64,000 nt of DNA from Trichodelitschia bisporula (taxonomy: Eukaryota), in contig ML996687.1 of assembly GCA_010356995.1 (NCBI GenBank), forward strand, positions 1,055,803 to 1,119,802, given 5' to 3'. A program made the position numbers and the translations under genes. Shown piece by piece: positions 12,422-24,940 of this stretch (within the stretch, counting starts at the first letter, position 1; each line of letters starts with the position of its first letter). Below the pieces are notes generated by a model that saw only the letters and a list, made by a program, of their open reading frames with translations, ran no database searches and was not told the origin of the DNA.

Positions 12422-14580
12422 ATGAGTGCTTCGCCAGCCGCGCCGCCTGGCAGCACGCCAAACGGCGCTCCCCCACAGGCCCGCCGTCGGAGGCCTCCAC
12501 CGAACCCCCTCGTTGCCAACCAGCGTGGCCCGCGAAAACCTCCACCTGTCAAGCGCCTCGCTCCTGCTGCGCATATGCCATCTCCCGCTGCTGGACCGGG
12601 TGTGCCGTCTCCTATGTCAACAGGCACAGCCTCCTTCACGGAACCCGGATCGCCGTTGCCGGAGGATAAGCCGTCCGTCTATCCCATCTTCACCACCAAG
12701 CGCGCTTTGATGGAAGGCATGCGTCACCATGTCGCGCGGCTGCAGTCCAAGCAGACAATAGACGTTATGGATAACAGTTACTTCTCCCCTCCGGTCCGTC
12801 TCCATCGCCGCGACCCCCGTGCCCCCCCTGGTACTTTCGGCAGTGCGGCCGATCTCAAAGAAGAAGAAGAGGATGATAAGGAGAGGGAGATGGCGGAGGC
12901 TGCGAGGCAGGAACGTCAGCGCATCAAGGAGGCAAATGCAAAGCTGATTGCGCCTGCCGCACCGTCTAAGAAGAAGGCGCCACAGCAAGGCTTCTTCAAG
13001 AAAAAGGTCGAACAAGTCTGGCGGACTGACGAGGACCCTGAGGACAGAAAGCGGAGCCAGTTACGATACGAGGAAGCTCTCCCTTGGCATCTTGAGGATC
13101 AGAATCACCAGCATATCTTGCAAGGGTTCTATGAAGCGGCCTTGTCCGAGTCCCATGTTATGCTATTAATGGACGGCGACCACTTCCGGGTGCTGCCGGT
13201 TGAGAAGTGGTACCGTTTCAAGGAGAAGAACAAGTTCAAGCACGTGGATCTCGATGAGGCCGAAGCCACCATGAGCAAGAAAGTCAAGGAGCCGCGCTGG
13301 TTCATGGAGTCGCAGAAGGAAAACGAGCGAAAGAAAATGATGGAGAAGATGGCAGAGCATGCGCGAGGCCGCCTGCGGGTCGGCGCTCGGGATGAAAAGG
13401 TGATCAAGACTGAGGAGGGGTACGAAGTTGATCAGCCCCCAGAAGATGTCGACTGGAATGTCGAGGAAGACTTTGCCGATGATGAAGAGAATCCTATCCT
13501 CGAGGGTGACGAAGATACACAGCAGATGGCGGAGGAACGCATCAAGCGTGATCAGCTTGCTGCCAATGCCTTTGATCTTAGGGACGCTCAGGACGTTGAC
13601 GAAGAGGATGAACGCGAGCGTAAGCTTGCAGAACTCGCTGAGAAGCAGGGGAAGGAGACGCGTCAGGCCCTGATGAAGCTTGAAAAGAACTTCAATTACA
13701 AGGACGACGACAACAAGAACCCCTATGTTGATGTAAAGTCTTTCAGCCTATTGAGTACCTTCCTGCTAACTTCTGTAGTCGGATTCTGAGGCGGACATCT
13801 CCGAGGACGATGATCTCTTCAAAGACGACGGAGAAAAGGATAAGAAAGAGGATGGCGCCGATGACAGTGAAGGCGACAGCGACAAGAGAGGTAGCCAAAA
13901 AGCAAAAGCGAGGGCAGAGAACAAGAAGCCAATGGCCGGTTCCTCGTCGAAAGGGACAAATACACCCAACGGAGGCAAGCCGAACGCTGCTGGCAAGTCA
14001 ACCACCTCTCTCAAGCGTCCTGGTTCTCCCAATCTCTCCGAAGCCAGCGGTAATGAGTCTTCCCGCAAGAAGGCAAAGAAGCAGCATGAGTCTGCGGACA
14101 AGCCTCCGACCTCTTTGAAGGACTTGCAGGCCAGGCAGCTTGCCCAAAAGCATGCACGCAAAGGTGCAGGATCTGGCAGCGATACGGATGCTACTGCTGG
14201 CGGAAAGAAGCCCGGGCTAAAAATTAAACCCGGTGGCTCGAAAGCTGGTACACCGAACGGCTCCCGGGCTGGGAGTCCTGCCGTTGGCGCTTCTTCAAAT
14301 GGAAGCAGGGCTGGCAGTCCTCAAGGTGAGCGGAGACTATATGTGTTCTTTTTCTGAAATGTTGGATGCTAACTGCATGCTAGCCATATCTGACAGCTTA
14401 CCGAGCGCCGAGGCTATTCTTCAGTCCATTCCAAAGGAGGGTATCATGCTTGCGGAACTGAGCAGAAAGTTCCGTGCCCGCGTTGATCAGAGCAAGCTCA
14501 AGGACTTTGTGCGCCTTGTCAAGACCATCACACATTTCGACCCAGCAACAAAGCAAATATTCCCGAAACGGAATGCCTGA
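12422..14580 (+). CDS. TFG1: TFIIF large (alpha/RAP74) subunit
   Basis: GMRHHVARLQSK, PPVRLHRRDPR, LRYEEALPWHLED, LPVEKWYRF, EEDFADDEE, C-terminal winged helix. Introns 13733-13778 and ~14326-14383. Confidence 0.9.
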
Positions 14581-15194
14581 CGCCCTGGAAGTTTTTGACG
14601 CTTCGAGTGGACACTTTTGCAGTAGCCAACTAGAGAACGCCACCGTTTATGCGTGGCATAGTCATTCGAACGAGGGGGCTCGTGTTAGGCGGTAGCGGCT
14701 ATTCTGTTCCGCCCGATTCCCTTTGATACCATATTCAGGCCTGTTACCAACCCAGGCAGTGTTTTTAAACTGGGACTTTGAGTGGAATTCAGCATTCGGG
14801 ATCTGATAGGCGTCTGGGATAGGATTTATGCCAGTTTGTGCTAAGGTGCATACACCGCGAGAATTCTTGTTGTCTACCAGCCATGCTAGAGGTGGACATC
14901 AAAGTCTTGTAGGCTAGAACTAGCAACCACCAGCAAGATACACCTCAATACAAGCATCTGATGTGAACACTACGGGTACCACAACCACTGCCCCCGTGAA
15001 TATGTACGGTAAAGTCAGAAGGGGCACTTAAGTAGAAGGGCCAATCAACGGTGGGTTATGAGTGATTACGAAGATAAGCTGTTGGACGTTGGTCGCCTTG
15101 CATGAGTGTTTGACGTCGGTGGAGTGCATAATGTGCCGGAGGTCAGGTTCTGCCGCACCCGACGCAATTCCACTGATGCAAGTCCCTCCGTCAG

Positions 15195-15218
15195 TGACTC
15201 AAGTTCACGAGGAGTCAT
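15195..15218. promoter_or_regulatory. Two Gcn4/CpcA elements upstream of VAS1
   Basis: TGACTCA at 15195-15201 and GAGTCAT at 15212-15218. Confidence 0.62.
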
Positions 15219-15443
15219 TTTATTCCTCTGCATCCTCTAATTAAACCCCCCCTTAAGCACTTCGCCTAGGAAAAAGCCGCCTCAAGTGCTACTTTTTCCA
15301 TTGGGATCCACAGTGCGTGCGAGAGCTCCCCCCAATCATCCACAATTCTGTTCCGAGCGTGCTTCCTACGCTCGTCGCTCCGCACAACTCGACCCCGCAC
15401 GCTCCCCCGCACATCAGCACACCCCACGCGCAACTTCTCAAAG

Positions 15444-18400
15444 ATGGCTCTTAACGCCGCGTCGCATAACATCCGTAGGCACTTAATTGCTCCCAATTTG
15501 TGTAAGCTGCTAACTGTCATCAATAGCGGGTGAGGAGACGGGACCTGTCTCCGGCCAACCCCCAGCCCTGTCCGACGAGACCAAGGCTGCGCTACTTGGG
15601 TCTGCCGAAAAGGATATCACCGGCCAGAGTGTACCGGGGCAGGACGGAGGAGAAAAGGACGATGACAAGAAAGTGAAGTCGGAGAAAGAACGTATGGTTT
15701 CCCCCCCTGGAGATATGAACTGTGGACACTGCTTACCGCCGCCTACAGTCGCGAAGGAACGCGCAAAGGAAGAAAAGCTGCGGAAATTCTTAGAGAAACA
15801 AGCGAAGAAGGGCACCGCTCCTGCCGCGAAGCCGAAGGAAACTAAGAAGCCAAAGGCAGAGGTCGAAGTCCTCCCAGAGTACGTTGAGGAGACACCAAAG
15901 GGCGAGAAGAAAATCTTGAAGCCGCTCGACGACGTTTTCCACAAAGCATATCTTCCCAAAGTCGTAGAATCAGCTTGGTACGACTGGTGGGAGAAAGAGG
16001 GTTTCTTCCAGCCTCAGCTTGACGCCGACGGCAAGACGAAGGGGGCGGGATACTTTGTCATTCCGATCCCTCCCCCGAATGTAACTGGCGCCCTTCACTG
16101 CGGTCACGCCTTGGGCAACGCTCTTCAGGACTCTCTAATTCGGTGGCACCGTATGAGAGGTTTTTCTACCTTGTACGTTCCGGGATGTGATCACGCTGGT
16201 ATCTCCACACAGTCCGTCGTAGAGAACATCCTCTGGCGGCGGGAAGGGAAGACGCGACATGATCTAGGGAGAGAGGAGCTCGTCAAGCGCATCTGGGCGT
16301 GGAAGGGTGACTACCATGGGCGCATCAACCACGTGCTGAAGCGTCTGGGGGGTTCGTTTGACTGGACCCGGGAGGCTTTCACCATGGACGAAAACCTCAC
16401 TGCAGCTGTGACGGAGACATTCGTCCGTCTACATGAAGAGGGATACATCTACCGGTCCAACCGTCTTGTAAACTGGTGCAGCCGTCTTCAAACCGCGCTA
16501 TCCAACTTGGAAGTGGACCAAAAGGAGTTAACAGGTCGCACTTTGTTGGACGTACCCGGTTACGATAGGAAGGTCGAATTTGGCGTTCTCACATTCTTCA
16601 AGTACCCCATCGATGGCTCTGACGAATTCCTTACCGTTGCCACGACTCGTCCCGAAACTATGCTTGGTGATACCGCCATCGCCGTCCACCCGAACGACAA
16701 GAGGTATACCCACCTCATTGGAAAGAAGGCAAAGCACCCCTTTGTCGACCGGCTTCTGCACATTGTTGGTGACGACTACGTGGATCCTGAATTCGGTACT
16801 GGAGCTGTAAAGATCACACCAGCTCACGACCCCAACGATTTCGCCATCGGCCAGCGTCATAAGCTCGACTTCATCAACATTCTCAACGATGACGGTACTT
16901 TGAATACCAATGCCGGAAGATTCAACGGAGTCAAGCGATTCGATGCTCGGTACCAGGTCATTGACGAACTTAAGAAGGCCGGCCTGTACGAGAAATGGGA
17001 GAACAATCCCATGAAGGTGCCCCTTTGCAACAAGTCGAAGGATGTTATCGAGCCTCTGATGAAGCCTCAGTGGTGGATGCGTATGCGTGAAATGGCCGAT
17101 TCTGCTTTGGATGTCGTCCGTTCCGGCGAGGTGAAGATTCGGCCAGACACGGCGGAGCGCTCATACTTCCGTTGGCTCGAGAACATCAACGACTGGTGCT
17201 TGAGCCGACAGCTCTGGTGGGGCCATCAGATTCCGGCCTACTTCGTCCAGATTGAAGGCGAGCACGGCGATGAGGTAGACGGCAACCTCTGGGTTACCGG
17301 CCGGACAGAGGAGGAAGCCTTCAGGAAGGCAGAGGCGAAGTTTCCTGGCAAGAAAATCACCCTCAAGCGTGACCCCGATGTCCTTGATACCTGGTTCAGC
17401 TCGGGGCTCTGGCCCTTTTCAACCTTGGGATGGCCAAACAATACCAAGGACCTTGAGAATTTCTTCCCTACCTCACTTCTAGAGACCGGCTGGGATATCC
17501 TCTTCTTCTGGGTGGCTCGAATGATCATGTTCAGCCTCAAGCTTACCGGAAAGGTCCCTTTCAAGGAGGTCTACTGCCATTCCCTAGTCCGAGACAGTGA
17601 GGGACGCAAGATGTCGAAGTCCTTGGGTAACGTCGTCGACCCAGTCGACATCATGGATGGTATTTCGCTTCAGGCTCTCAACGATAAACTGCTGGCAGGC
17701 AATCTCGACCCGAAGGAACTGAAGACGGCCACCAAGTACCAACAGACAGCTTTCCCGCAGGGCATCCCTGACTGCGGTTCAGATGCTCTGAGATTCTCGC
17801 TGATCCAGTACACCACCGGTGGAGGTGATATCGCCTTCGACGTTAAGGTCATGCATGGGTACCGTAGGTTCTGCAACAAGATCTATCAGGCCACCAAATA
17901 CGTTCTCGGCAAAATTGGCGACGATTTTGTGCCTCGTCAGACATACCACAAAACTGGCAAAGAGTCTCTGGCTGAACGCTGGATTCTCCACAAGCTAAAC
18001 TACGCCGCGAATAACGTCAATAAGGCTCTTACCGATCGGGAGTTCTCGCGGTCCACTCAGATTGTGTACAACTACTTCTACGATGAGCTTTGCGACGTTT
18101 ACATCGAGAACTCCAAAGCCATCATTCAAGAGGGTACGGAGGAGGAGAAGCGGTCGGCCATGGACACTTTGTACACAGCGCTGGAGGGCGCCCTTACGAT
18201 GATCCACCCGTTCCTGCCTTTCCTGTCCGAGGAGCTGTGGCAACGCCTTCCACGTCGACCTAATGATACAACGCCGTCAATCACTATTGCAAAGGTATTA
18301 TAAGCCGGAACGTTGCATTATCGCTTGCTAATATCTGCAGTATCCCGAATTTGATATTGCACTAGAGGATCATGAGGCCGAGGAGGCGTACGAGCTTCTC

Positions 18401-18922
18401 CTTGGTTGCACCAAGGGTATTCGGTCCCTCATGTCCGAGTACAAGCTCGACGAAGGCAAAGGCAAGAGATTATGCTCCCTATTTGCGCCTCTTCTAACTA
18501 TAATCGCAGTCTTTGTCCAAGCTACAGATGATGCAACCTACCAGACGGCCAAAAACGAAGTCCAGGCCATCAAGTCCCTGGCCGGCAAGGGTGTGGCGTC
18601 TGTTGAGATCCTCTCCAAGGCCGAGCCTACGCCTACAGGCTGTGCCGTCTTCGTCCCCTCATCCAAGGCGGCCGTGTTCCTGGAAGTCAAGGGGCGTGTC
18701 AACATCGAAGAGGAGATCAAGAAGGCGCAAACCAAGCTTAAAAAGGCTTTGGAGGCAGCTACCAAGCAACGCAAGGTTGTGGACGCGCCTGATTTCCAGG
18801 GGAAGGTCAGCCTAGCGGTGCAAGAGGTGGAGCGCAAGAAGCTGGAGGAGTCTCTTGCTGAGCAGAGCAATTATGAGAAGAGTATTCAGCAGTTTGAGCA
18901 GCTTAAGCTCGAAAGTAAGTAG
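15444..18922 (+). CDS. VAS1: Valyl-tRNA synthetase (cytosolic form from ATG 15444; possible mitochondrial form from upstream CTG 15348)
   Basis: [13 protein letters not shown] (HIGH), [37 protein letters not shown]. Introns 15475-15526, 15692-15748, 18295-18340 and 18462-18509 (GC-AG). Confidence 0.97.
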
Positions 18923-19059
18923 ACTTTGCTCGGGGGTTCGTTGCGAATTAGCCGGTGTCGGTAGGGTGGGGTGCGTCATGGATACAAAAGCCATATCTAG
19001 TGCTAGATCAGGCGCTGTCGAATACTACTTCTGCTCTGCGATATCTCATGATGGATGTC

Positions 19060-19960
19060 TCATTTCGGTGAAGAGCCTTCCACTGCCATAATTGCAACGC
19101 TTCTCCCTCTCTCATTTTCATTTTCAACCCACTCCGTCAGGTAACTCGGCACGCCCTTGACCTTATTATGCCCGCTCTCGACCGGGTTCCCAAACTGCAA
19201 CCAACATGGCACCACCCCCGTCCACACACTCCCCACCACAGCCTCATCCCGCAAGTCATGCCGGTCATCATTTGGCCCACCCACACGCACCTTCGCACTG
19301 GCACTAGCGATGTCAACCCGCAGCACGCCCGTAGTAGTCATCTCCGCCTTGGTAGGCGGATTGCGGCTCCGACCCCAGCGGCCGGGAACAAGATTATCAG
19401 TAATCCGGGTCAAGGCGTACAAGCGCTCAGCCTCGTCAGTCACCGGAGAGGCATACCCGTGTACGACGACGGAGGCGTAATTGCAGGAGTTGTGGAAGGG
19501 GCTGAGAGCGAGGACGACGCCTTGCATTGACGTTGCGGCGATGGTGACCGGGAGGGGTCCCGCTGAGCTCCGGAATAAGCGGGCGGAGCTGTGGCCATGC
19601 AGATAGATGTTTTTCGGCCCGGAGGCCGGGTCTTCGGCGAGGAGGTTTAGATCACTGTCTTCGGGAAAGGAGCCGGGGGCGGAAGGCGGGGTCGGGGGCG
19701 GAGGGGGTGGTGGGTAGGAGCCGGTGCAACCGAGCATAGGGAGGAGAGCAGGGAAGGGGTCGTCTCCGTTGGCTGGGAACGAGACGTGGAGAATGGGGGT
19801 AGAATTGAGGATTGTGTGGATGGTGCTGTAGTCATATTTGCCTAGAGTTGGCGTTTAGCATTGGAAATGGTGCAATCAACGTGTGGAGATACAGACCTCG
19901 CGCTTTTAGGCGGTTGACTGTTGCGCGTGGGTGGCGCTCATACTCTTGAGATTCGGCCAT
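19060..19960 (-). CDS. Flavin-nucleotide-binding split-barrel protein (NimA / pyridoxamine-5'-phosphate oxidase-like family)
   Basis: MAESQEYERHPRATVNRLKAR|GKYDYSTIHTILN..LHVSF; IYLHGHSSARL; LALSPFHNSCNYASVVVHG; ASAKVRVGGP; VWTGVVP. Intron ~19842-19896. Confidence 0.85.
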
Positions 19961-20018
19961 CGTTCATGAAGCAATTGGTATCTACTGAAGTGCACTGGAC
20001 TGCGTTTACTTCTTCACA

Positions 20019-20054
20019 TTTATAGTCATTCCCCGCACTTCAATATGTGAGTCA
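20019..20054 (-). promoter_or_regulatory. TATA box plus perfect Gcn4/CpcA site upstream of the NimA-like gene
   Basis: TATAAA on the minus strand at 20019-20024 and TGAGTCA at 20048-20054. Confidence 0.5.
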
Positions 20055-20425
20055 AGTCAACATACGGATCTAATCCGAGATAGCGCTCATGACCCGCACT
20101 GAACCCGCATGTACTTGCTTCTTTTGGAGTGATACGGATTGTAAGGAACAGGGCGCATATGCATGATGCGAAGAAGATTCATTGGATGTCGGTATTATGT
20201 ATCCCGGATGAGTACAGACTACAACGTACTAACATGGGTGATTATTTCAGGGTTGCCGTTTCTGGACGTCGGGATGACGAGCTGCCTGAAAGCCTGAGAG
20301 ATGATGCCCGTATGCCAAGCTCGGGAGCAAGTGGGCGCCGCCTCCGAGGGAATCTTTGGCGGTTCATGCTAACTTATGCCATCGGTAAGTCTCCAGCTCC
20401 AGAGTAACTCCATCATATATCATTC

Positions 20426-22006
20426 ATGGCCGACACTACCATGGTCGAAGCCGCCACAGGAGGCTCAACTTCGTTCCCGCCCCCGAATCCGCGCCTCCAA
20501 GTTCGTCTTCCCCCCCTCTCGACACTCTTGCAAGCTAACGCGCCGCAGACTCTCCTTCGCGCCTCTGCCAAACGCACCCGCGACCTCTTCGCCGCCGACT
20601 TCGCCCAACCCTCCACCCTCGACGTTACCCCTCCGCGTCCCTACACCGTCGTCCCCACACCGGAGCCCCCGCAGACCGCCTCCGATCACGCCGCTCTCAC
20701 CACCCGCCTGCGCGCCGAATACGCCGACGTCAAGGAGCTGCCCCCCACGCTCGCCGCTCGTGTGGCAGGCGCATCTGGAAATGCTGCCGCTCGACATGTG
20801 AAGAAAGCCAAGGCCGGCGCGCATGTTGAGAAGCCGTCGAACCCGAAGGTTGCACTACTGATCGAGGGACTGGGCGAGAAGGAGCGCGCGGCGAGTCTGT
20901 CGACGGCGTTGACGGTGCGCGGTCGTACCGGTCCTGGTGTCCCACCTAATGAAAATGGACCCACGCCCCAGCGCGATATTCCGAGCTCGAGTCTGGTGCG
21001 CAAGGACGCGTTCCGTGCGCCTAAACCGGACTGGCATGCGCCGTGGAAGCTGATGCGGGTTATTTCGGGACATCTGGGGTGGGTGCGCGCCCTGGCAGTC
21101 GAACCGGGGAATCAGTGGTTTGCGTCTGGGGCGGGTGATCGCACGATCAAGATCTGGGATTTGGCGAGCGGGAGTCTGCGCCTGACACTAACTGGTCACA
21201 TCTCGACAGTGCGCGGGCTGGCGGTGTCCCCGCGGCATCCGTACCTTTTTTCCTGCGCCGAGGACAAGATGGTTAAATGCTGGGATCTGGAAACCAACAA
21301 GGTCATCCGCCACTACCACGGCCATCTCAGTGGCGTGTACACCCTCGCCCTCCACCCGACCCTAGACGTCCTCGTTACGGGCGGCCGTGACGGCGTCGCC
21401 CGCGTGTGGGACATGCGTACCCGCAGCAACATCCACGTACTCAGCGGACACAAAGGCACGGTCGCCGACGTCAAGTGTCAGGAGGCCGATCCGCAGGTGC
21501 TGACGGGCTCGCTGGACGCGACGATCCGTCTTTGGGACCTGGCGGCAGGAAAGACCATGGGCGTGTTGACGCACCACAAGAAGGGCGTACGGGCGCTCGC
21601 GACGCACCCCACGGAATTCACATTTGCGAGCGGAAGCACGGGTGCGATCAAGCAGTGGAAGCTTCCCGAGGGGGCTTTCATGGGAAATTTCGATGGGCAC
21701 AACGCGATTATCAACACACTTGCTGTCAATGAGGATAATGTCCTCGTCTCCGGCGGCGATAACGGAAGCATGTCCTTCTGGGACTGGAAAACGGGCCACC
21801 GCTTTCAGGCGCTGGATAGTATTGCGCAGCCTGGGAGCTTGGAGGCCGAGGCTGGAGTCATGAGCTCGACGTTCGACAAGACGGGACTGAGGCTTATCAC
21901 TGGGGAGGCGGATAAAACGATTAAGGTGTGGCGCCAGGATGAGAATGCGACGGAGGAGACACACCCACTGGATTGGCAACCGACGCTGGGCCGCTCGAGG
22001 TATTAA
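20426..22006 (+). CDS. PRP46: Pre-mRNA splicing factor Prp46/PLRG1 (WD40, NTC-related)
   Basis: [67 protein letters not shown]. Probable in-frame intron 20501-20548 (GTTCGT..GCTAAC..CAG). Confidence 0.96.
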   Translation: MADTTMVEAATGGSTSFPPPNPRLQVRLPPLSTLLQANAPQTLLRASAKRTRDLFAADFAQPSTLDVTPPRPYTVVPTPEPPQTASDHAALTTRLRAEYADVKELPPTLAARVAGASGNAAARHVKKAKAGAHVEKPSNPKVALLIEGLGEKERAASLSTALTVRGRTGPGVPPNENGPTPQRDIPSSSLVRKDAFRAPKPDWHAPWKLMRVISGHLGWVRALAVEPGNQWFASGAGDRTIKIWDLASGSLRLTLTGHISTVRGLAVSPRHPYLFSCAEDKMVKCWDLETNKVIRHYHGHLSGVYTLALHPTLDVLVTGGRDGVARVWDMRTRSNIHVLSGHKGTVADVKCQEADPQVLTGSLDATIRLWDLAAGKTMGVLTHHKKGVRALATHPTEFTFASGSTGAIKQWKLPEGAFMGNFDGHNAIINTLAVNEDNVLVSGGDNGSMSFWDWKTGHRFQALDSIAQPGSLEAEAGVMSSTFDKTGLRLITGEADKTIKVWRQDENATEETHPLDWQPTLGRSRY

Positions 22007-22301
22007 TGCATTTTGGGCCGGCGTTTGGGTGTAGGTAGGGACTGGGTGTATGATAGGAATTATTTCGTTTTGTGAGCGGTAAAAGCTAGGTGGGCTGCTG
22101 AGGGGAGATACCCTGTTACACTGAATTGAAGATGGATCCGAATGCATTTTGGCAGTTTTCGCAGCTTTCAATTTGACTCAGTGGATAGCTTCATGCCCAC
22201 AGCATCGTACCTCGATACCCCAGTGCACGGCATACATAGCGCGTCGACAACTGACCATCCAAAGTGTTACAACACACGTACTCAGCTATCTTCCTTGGGT
22301 A

Positions 22302-24461
22302 TCACTTCCCCTCTGCTCTCCCCACGAGCCCCTCCCCAAGCCCGATCGGCTCAAAAGCACTCTTATCATTCCTCCGCTGCGCCCACACCACATCCCCCTT
22401 GAGATACACAACCACACCCCCCTTACCCGTCGCACTCGCCGTGACGCGAAACAGCGGTCGCCCCGTAATCTCATGCGCCTTGCGCAGCGGAATCAGCAAC
22501 AGACTCTGCTCCTCGCACCATGCCTCCACCACATCGCGGAACGTCGTTTCCTCTTCCACTGCAACCTTCTTCTTCGGCTCGGGCACCGGCTCTTCCTTGG
22601 CCGGCACGACCGGCCGCGGCGGACCGGCCATCGGCGGCGGCAATTCGCTCTTCGCGCGCTCGCCGAGATCGAGCGCCAGGTTCATCATTCCCAGGCCCTT
22701 GTCCCACATGTCATTGACCTGTGGGACAGCATTGATCTCAGCCGGGATCTGCTCCTTCCACCAGGAAAACCACATCCCCACCTCCTCGTAATTCGGCGTA
22801 TCGGTAAGCCACGCGTGCAGCGTAGCCATCCACTTTGGGAAAAACTCCGCCACGAGCAAGCGGCCCATGACGCGCGGCTGGAAGTAGTCGCGCCATGCGA
22901 GCACGCGCTCCAGCGGCTCGGTTACCTGCTCCGGCGGGTAGACTTCGAATTCGACGGCTAGGACCTGTGCGAGACGAGGGAGGAGATGCCGTATAAGTGC
23001 ATCGTCCAGGCTGGTGCCTAGGACGCTGCGCCATTCCGCCAGCCCTGGGACGGGCCCTCGGGAGAGGTCCCATGTGTCTAGGACAAGGCGAAATTTGCGT
23101 TTTACGTCGGCGAGAAGGCCGGTGGATGACGAGGGGTCGGTGTGGCGCGCGTCGAGGTAGGGCAGCCAGGGGAAGAGCCAGATATGAGGGAGGGGGGCGG
23201 GGGCTGTAGTTTTGAGCGATTTGCGGGGATTCCAGGAAGAGAGGGTGGAGGCGAGTTTCTGCTCTACGAGGTTGTTGATGATATTGTAGAGGATGAAGGG
23301 GGGGAGAAGGGGCTTCCAGATTTCGAGGAGGGATAAAAGCATGGACCAGTGGTGCGGGTTCCAGTCGTTTGTAATAGCCGTCCGGACTTTGGGGAGCCAT
23401 ATTGTGTAGATGAGAGATTCGTAGGCAGAGGTAGACTTGCGGCGACGGGAAGAATCCAAGTCGTCGGCGTTGACTGTGTCCTGCGCCGTATCAAGTCCGA
23501 GGATGGGACGCAAGCGTTGAAGATAGGGTGCTACGAGTCCAGGATCATCCAGCGGCTCCCAATCTTGCATCTCCTGCTTGAAGAGAGGTTTTATGGCCGC
23601 GACAGCCACATCTGAGAGAGCGAGCTGGCTAATGGCACTGCCGTGCTCGGTCTGGATGGCCTCCAAGCGGGATGTCACAGCCTCCCACTGCTCGGAGAGC
23701 ACCGTCGAACTTTGTCTCGCCAGGTCCAATCCCTCCACCGCAGCCACAACCCCCCTCATTAGATCAAGGTCCTTCTCTTCCTCCTCAAGCTCCCGCTGCA
23801 ACTGTTCAATCTCCGCGTCGATGAACTTCTCCCGCTCCTTGAGCTCATCCCACGCCTCCGAGTAGGCGGTAAGCTCTCTCCGCGCCCGCTTCGCCAGCTT
23901 CTCCGCCTCCGTCTCCATCGTCGGCGTCATAGTCGACAGCAGCCCAGCCGTAGAGGTCAACAGCTTGCGTTCCTTGCCCGTCGCATCGATCAAGCTCTTG
24001 AGCACATTCGGCACCACAAGACCCTCCTTCTCAACCTCCGCCGCAGTCTTAATCTTCGTCTTCTGCCGCCCATATCCAGGTGTACTCGCACCGCCACCGC
24101 CGCCGCCCGCCTTCGCAGCCGCTTTGCGCTTCCGTCGCGCCTTACGCTCCTCCTCTGACGAGTCGTCGACCTCCTCACCGCGCGCTTTGGCCACACGCTT
24201 CTTCTCTAGCTTCGCCTGTTCCGTCATCTCCTTCACGGCGCCGAGGCCAGCACCCTGCGGCCGCAGCTTCACCTCGATGGGCGCGACGATGCCTTCCCCC
24301 GAGCGGCCGAGACCTTGACCCTCCTTGTGGCCCATCTTGGCCATCATGCGCTCGGCGAAGGACATCTTGGGCTTCGAGGAGGAGGAACCGGAGGTTTTGG
24401 GTGTTTTGCGGCTGCCGTTGTCTTCGGCATCGCTTTTGCGCTTGAAGGAGTGGCGTTCCAT
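22302..24461 (-). CDS. SPP382: G-patch/GCFC spliceosome disassembly factor Spp382/Ntr1/TFIP11
   Basis: G-patch SFAERMMAKMGHKEGQGLGRSGEGIVAPIEVKLRPQGAGLG; GCFC motifs PHIWLFPWLPYL, FFPKWMATLHAWL, NYEEVGMWFSWWK. Confidence 0.92.
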   Translation of the reverse strand: MERHSFKRKSDAEDNGSRKTPKTSGSSSSKPKMSFAERMMAKMGHKEGQGLGRSGEGIVAPIEVKLRPQGAGLGAVKEMTEQAKLEKKRVAKARGEEVDDSSEEERKARRKRKAAAKAGGGGGGASTPGYGRQKTKIKTAAEVEKEGLVVPNVLKSLIDATGKERKLLTSTAGLLSTMTPTMETEAEKLAKRARRELTAYSEAWDELKEREKFIDAEIEQLQRELEEEEKDLDLMRGVVAAVEGLDLARQSSTVLSEQWEAVTSRLEAIQTEHGSAISQLALSDVAVAAIKPLFKQEMQDWEPLDDPGLVAPYLQRLRPILGLDTAQDTVNADDLDSSRRRKSTSAYESLIYTIWLPKVRTAITNDWNPHHWSMLLSLLEIWKPLLPPFILYNIINNLVEQKLASTLSSWNPRKSLKTTAPAPLPHIWLFPWLPYLDARHTDPSSSTGLLADVKRKFRLVLDTWDLSRGPVPGLAEWRSVLGTSLDDALIRHLLPRLAQVLAVEFEVYPPEQVTEPLERVLAWRDYFQPRVMGRLLVAEFFPKWMATLHAWLTDTPNYEEVGMWFSWWKEQIPAEINAVPQVNDMWDKGLGMMNLALDLGERAKSELPPPMAGPPRPVVPAKEEPVPEPKKKVAVEEETTFRDVVEAWCEEQSLLLIPLRKAHEITGRPLFRVTASATGKGGVVVYLKGDVVWAQRRNDKSAFEPIGLGEGLVGRAEGK

Positions 24462-24940
24462 CGTGACGGTTCGAGGTGGTGAGGCGGAATGAAAGAGCGT
24501 GAGGGTAATAGTGAGAGTCGGAGAGTAGGTGTGGCAGCTAGGCTGCAGATACTCTTATGGCATGCAACGGGCTGTTGTGACTGTTTGCTGCGGGTGAGGG
24601 TTGAGGCTCGGAAATGGACTTTGCCTGCGACGCGTTGACGCACCTTGTCAAAGTTCCACTCAATTCATCGCCACGAGGTACCCGCAGTCTTGGCGTAGCG
24701 CATTGTCCGAAAGGGGTAATGCTGGAGGAGGCGCGATGATGCCCCCGGATTTCCGTTCGAGCTTACGACGTGGATGGCTACGAGACACAGGTATTGCAAC
24801 TTGATTGACGATCAATTCATTTCATGCGTACTCTTCTTTTGGTGCTGCAACGTAGAGTTCGTCAGTCTACAGCGCATTACAATCCACGCCACATATCAGG
24901 CTCCAGCTCAATAGCCAAAAGTCGTCATAGAATCGCTTAT

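Noticed and set aside
22174..22180. Perfect TGACTCA between PRP46 and SPP382
   Set aside because: Lies between convergent 3' ends; illustrates the background rate of the motif.
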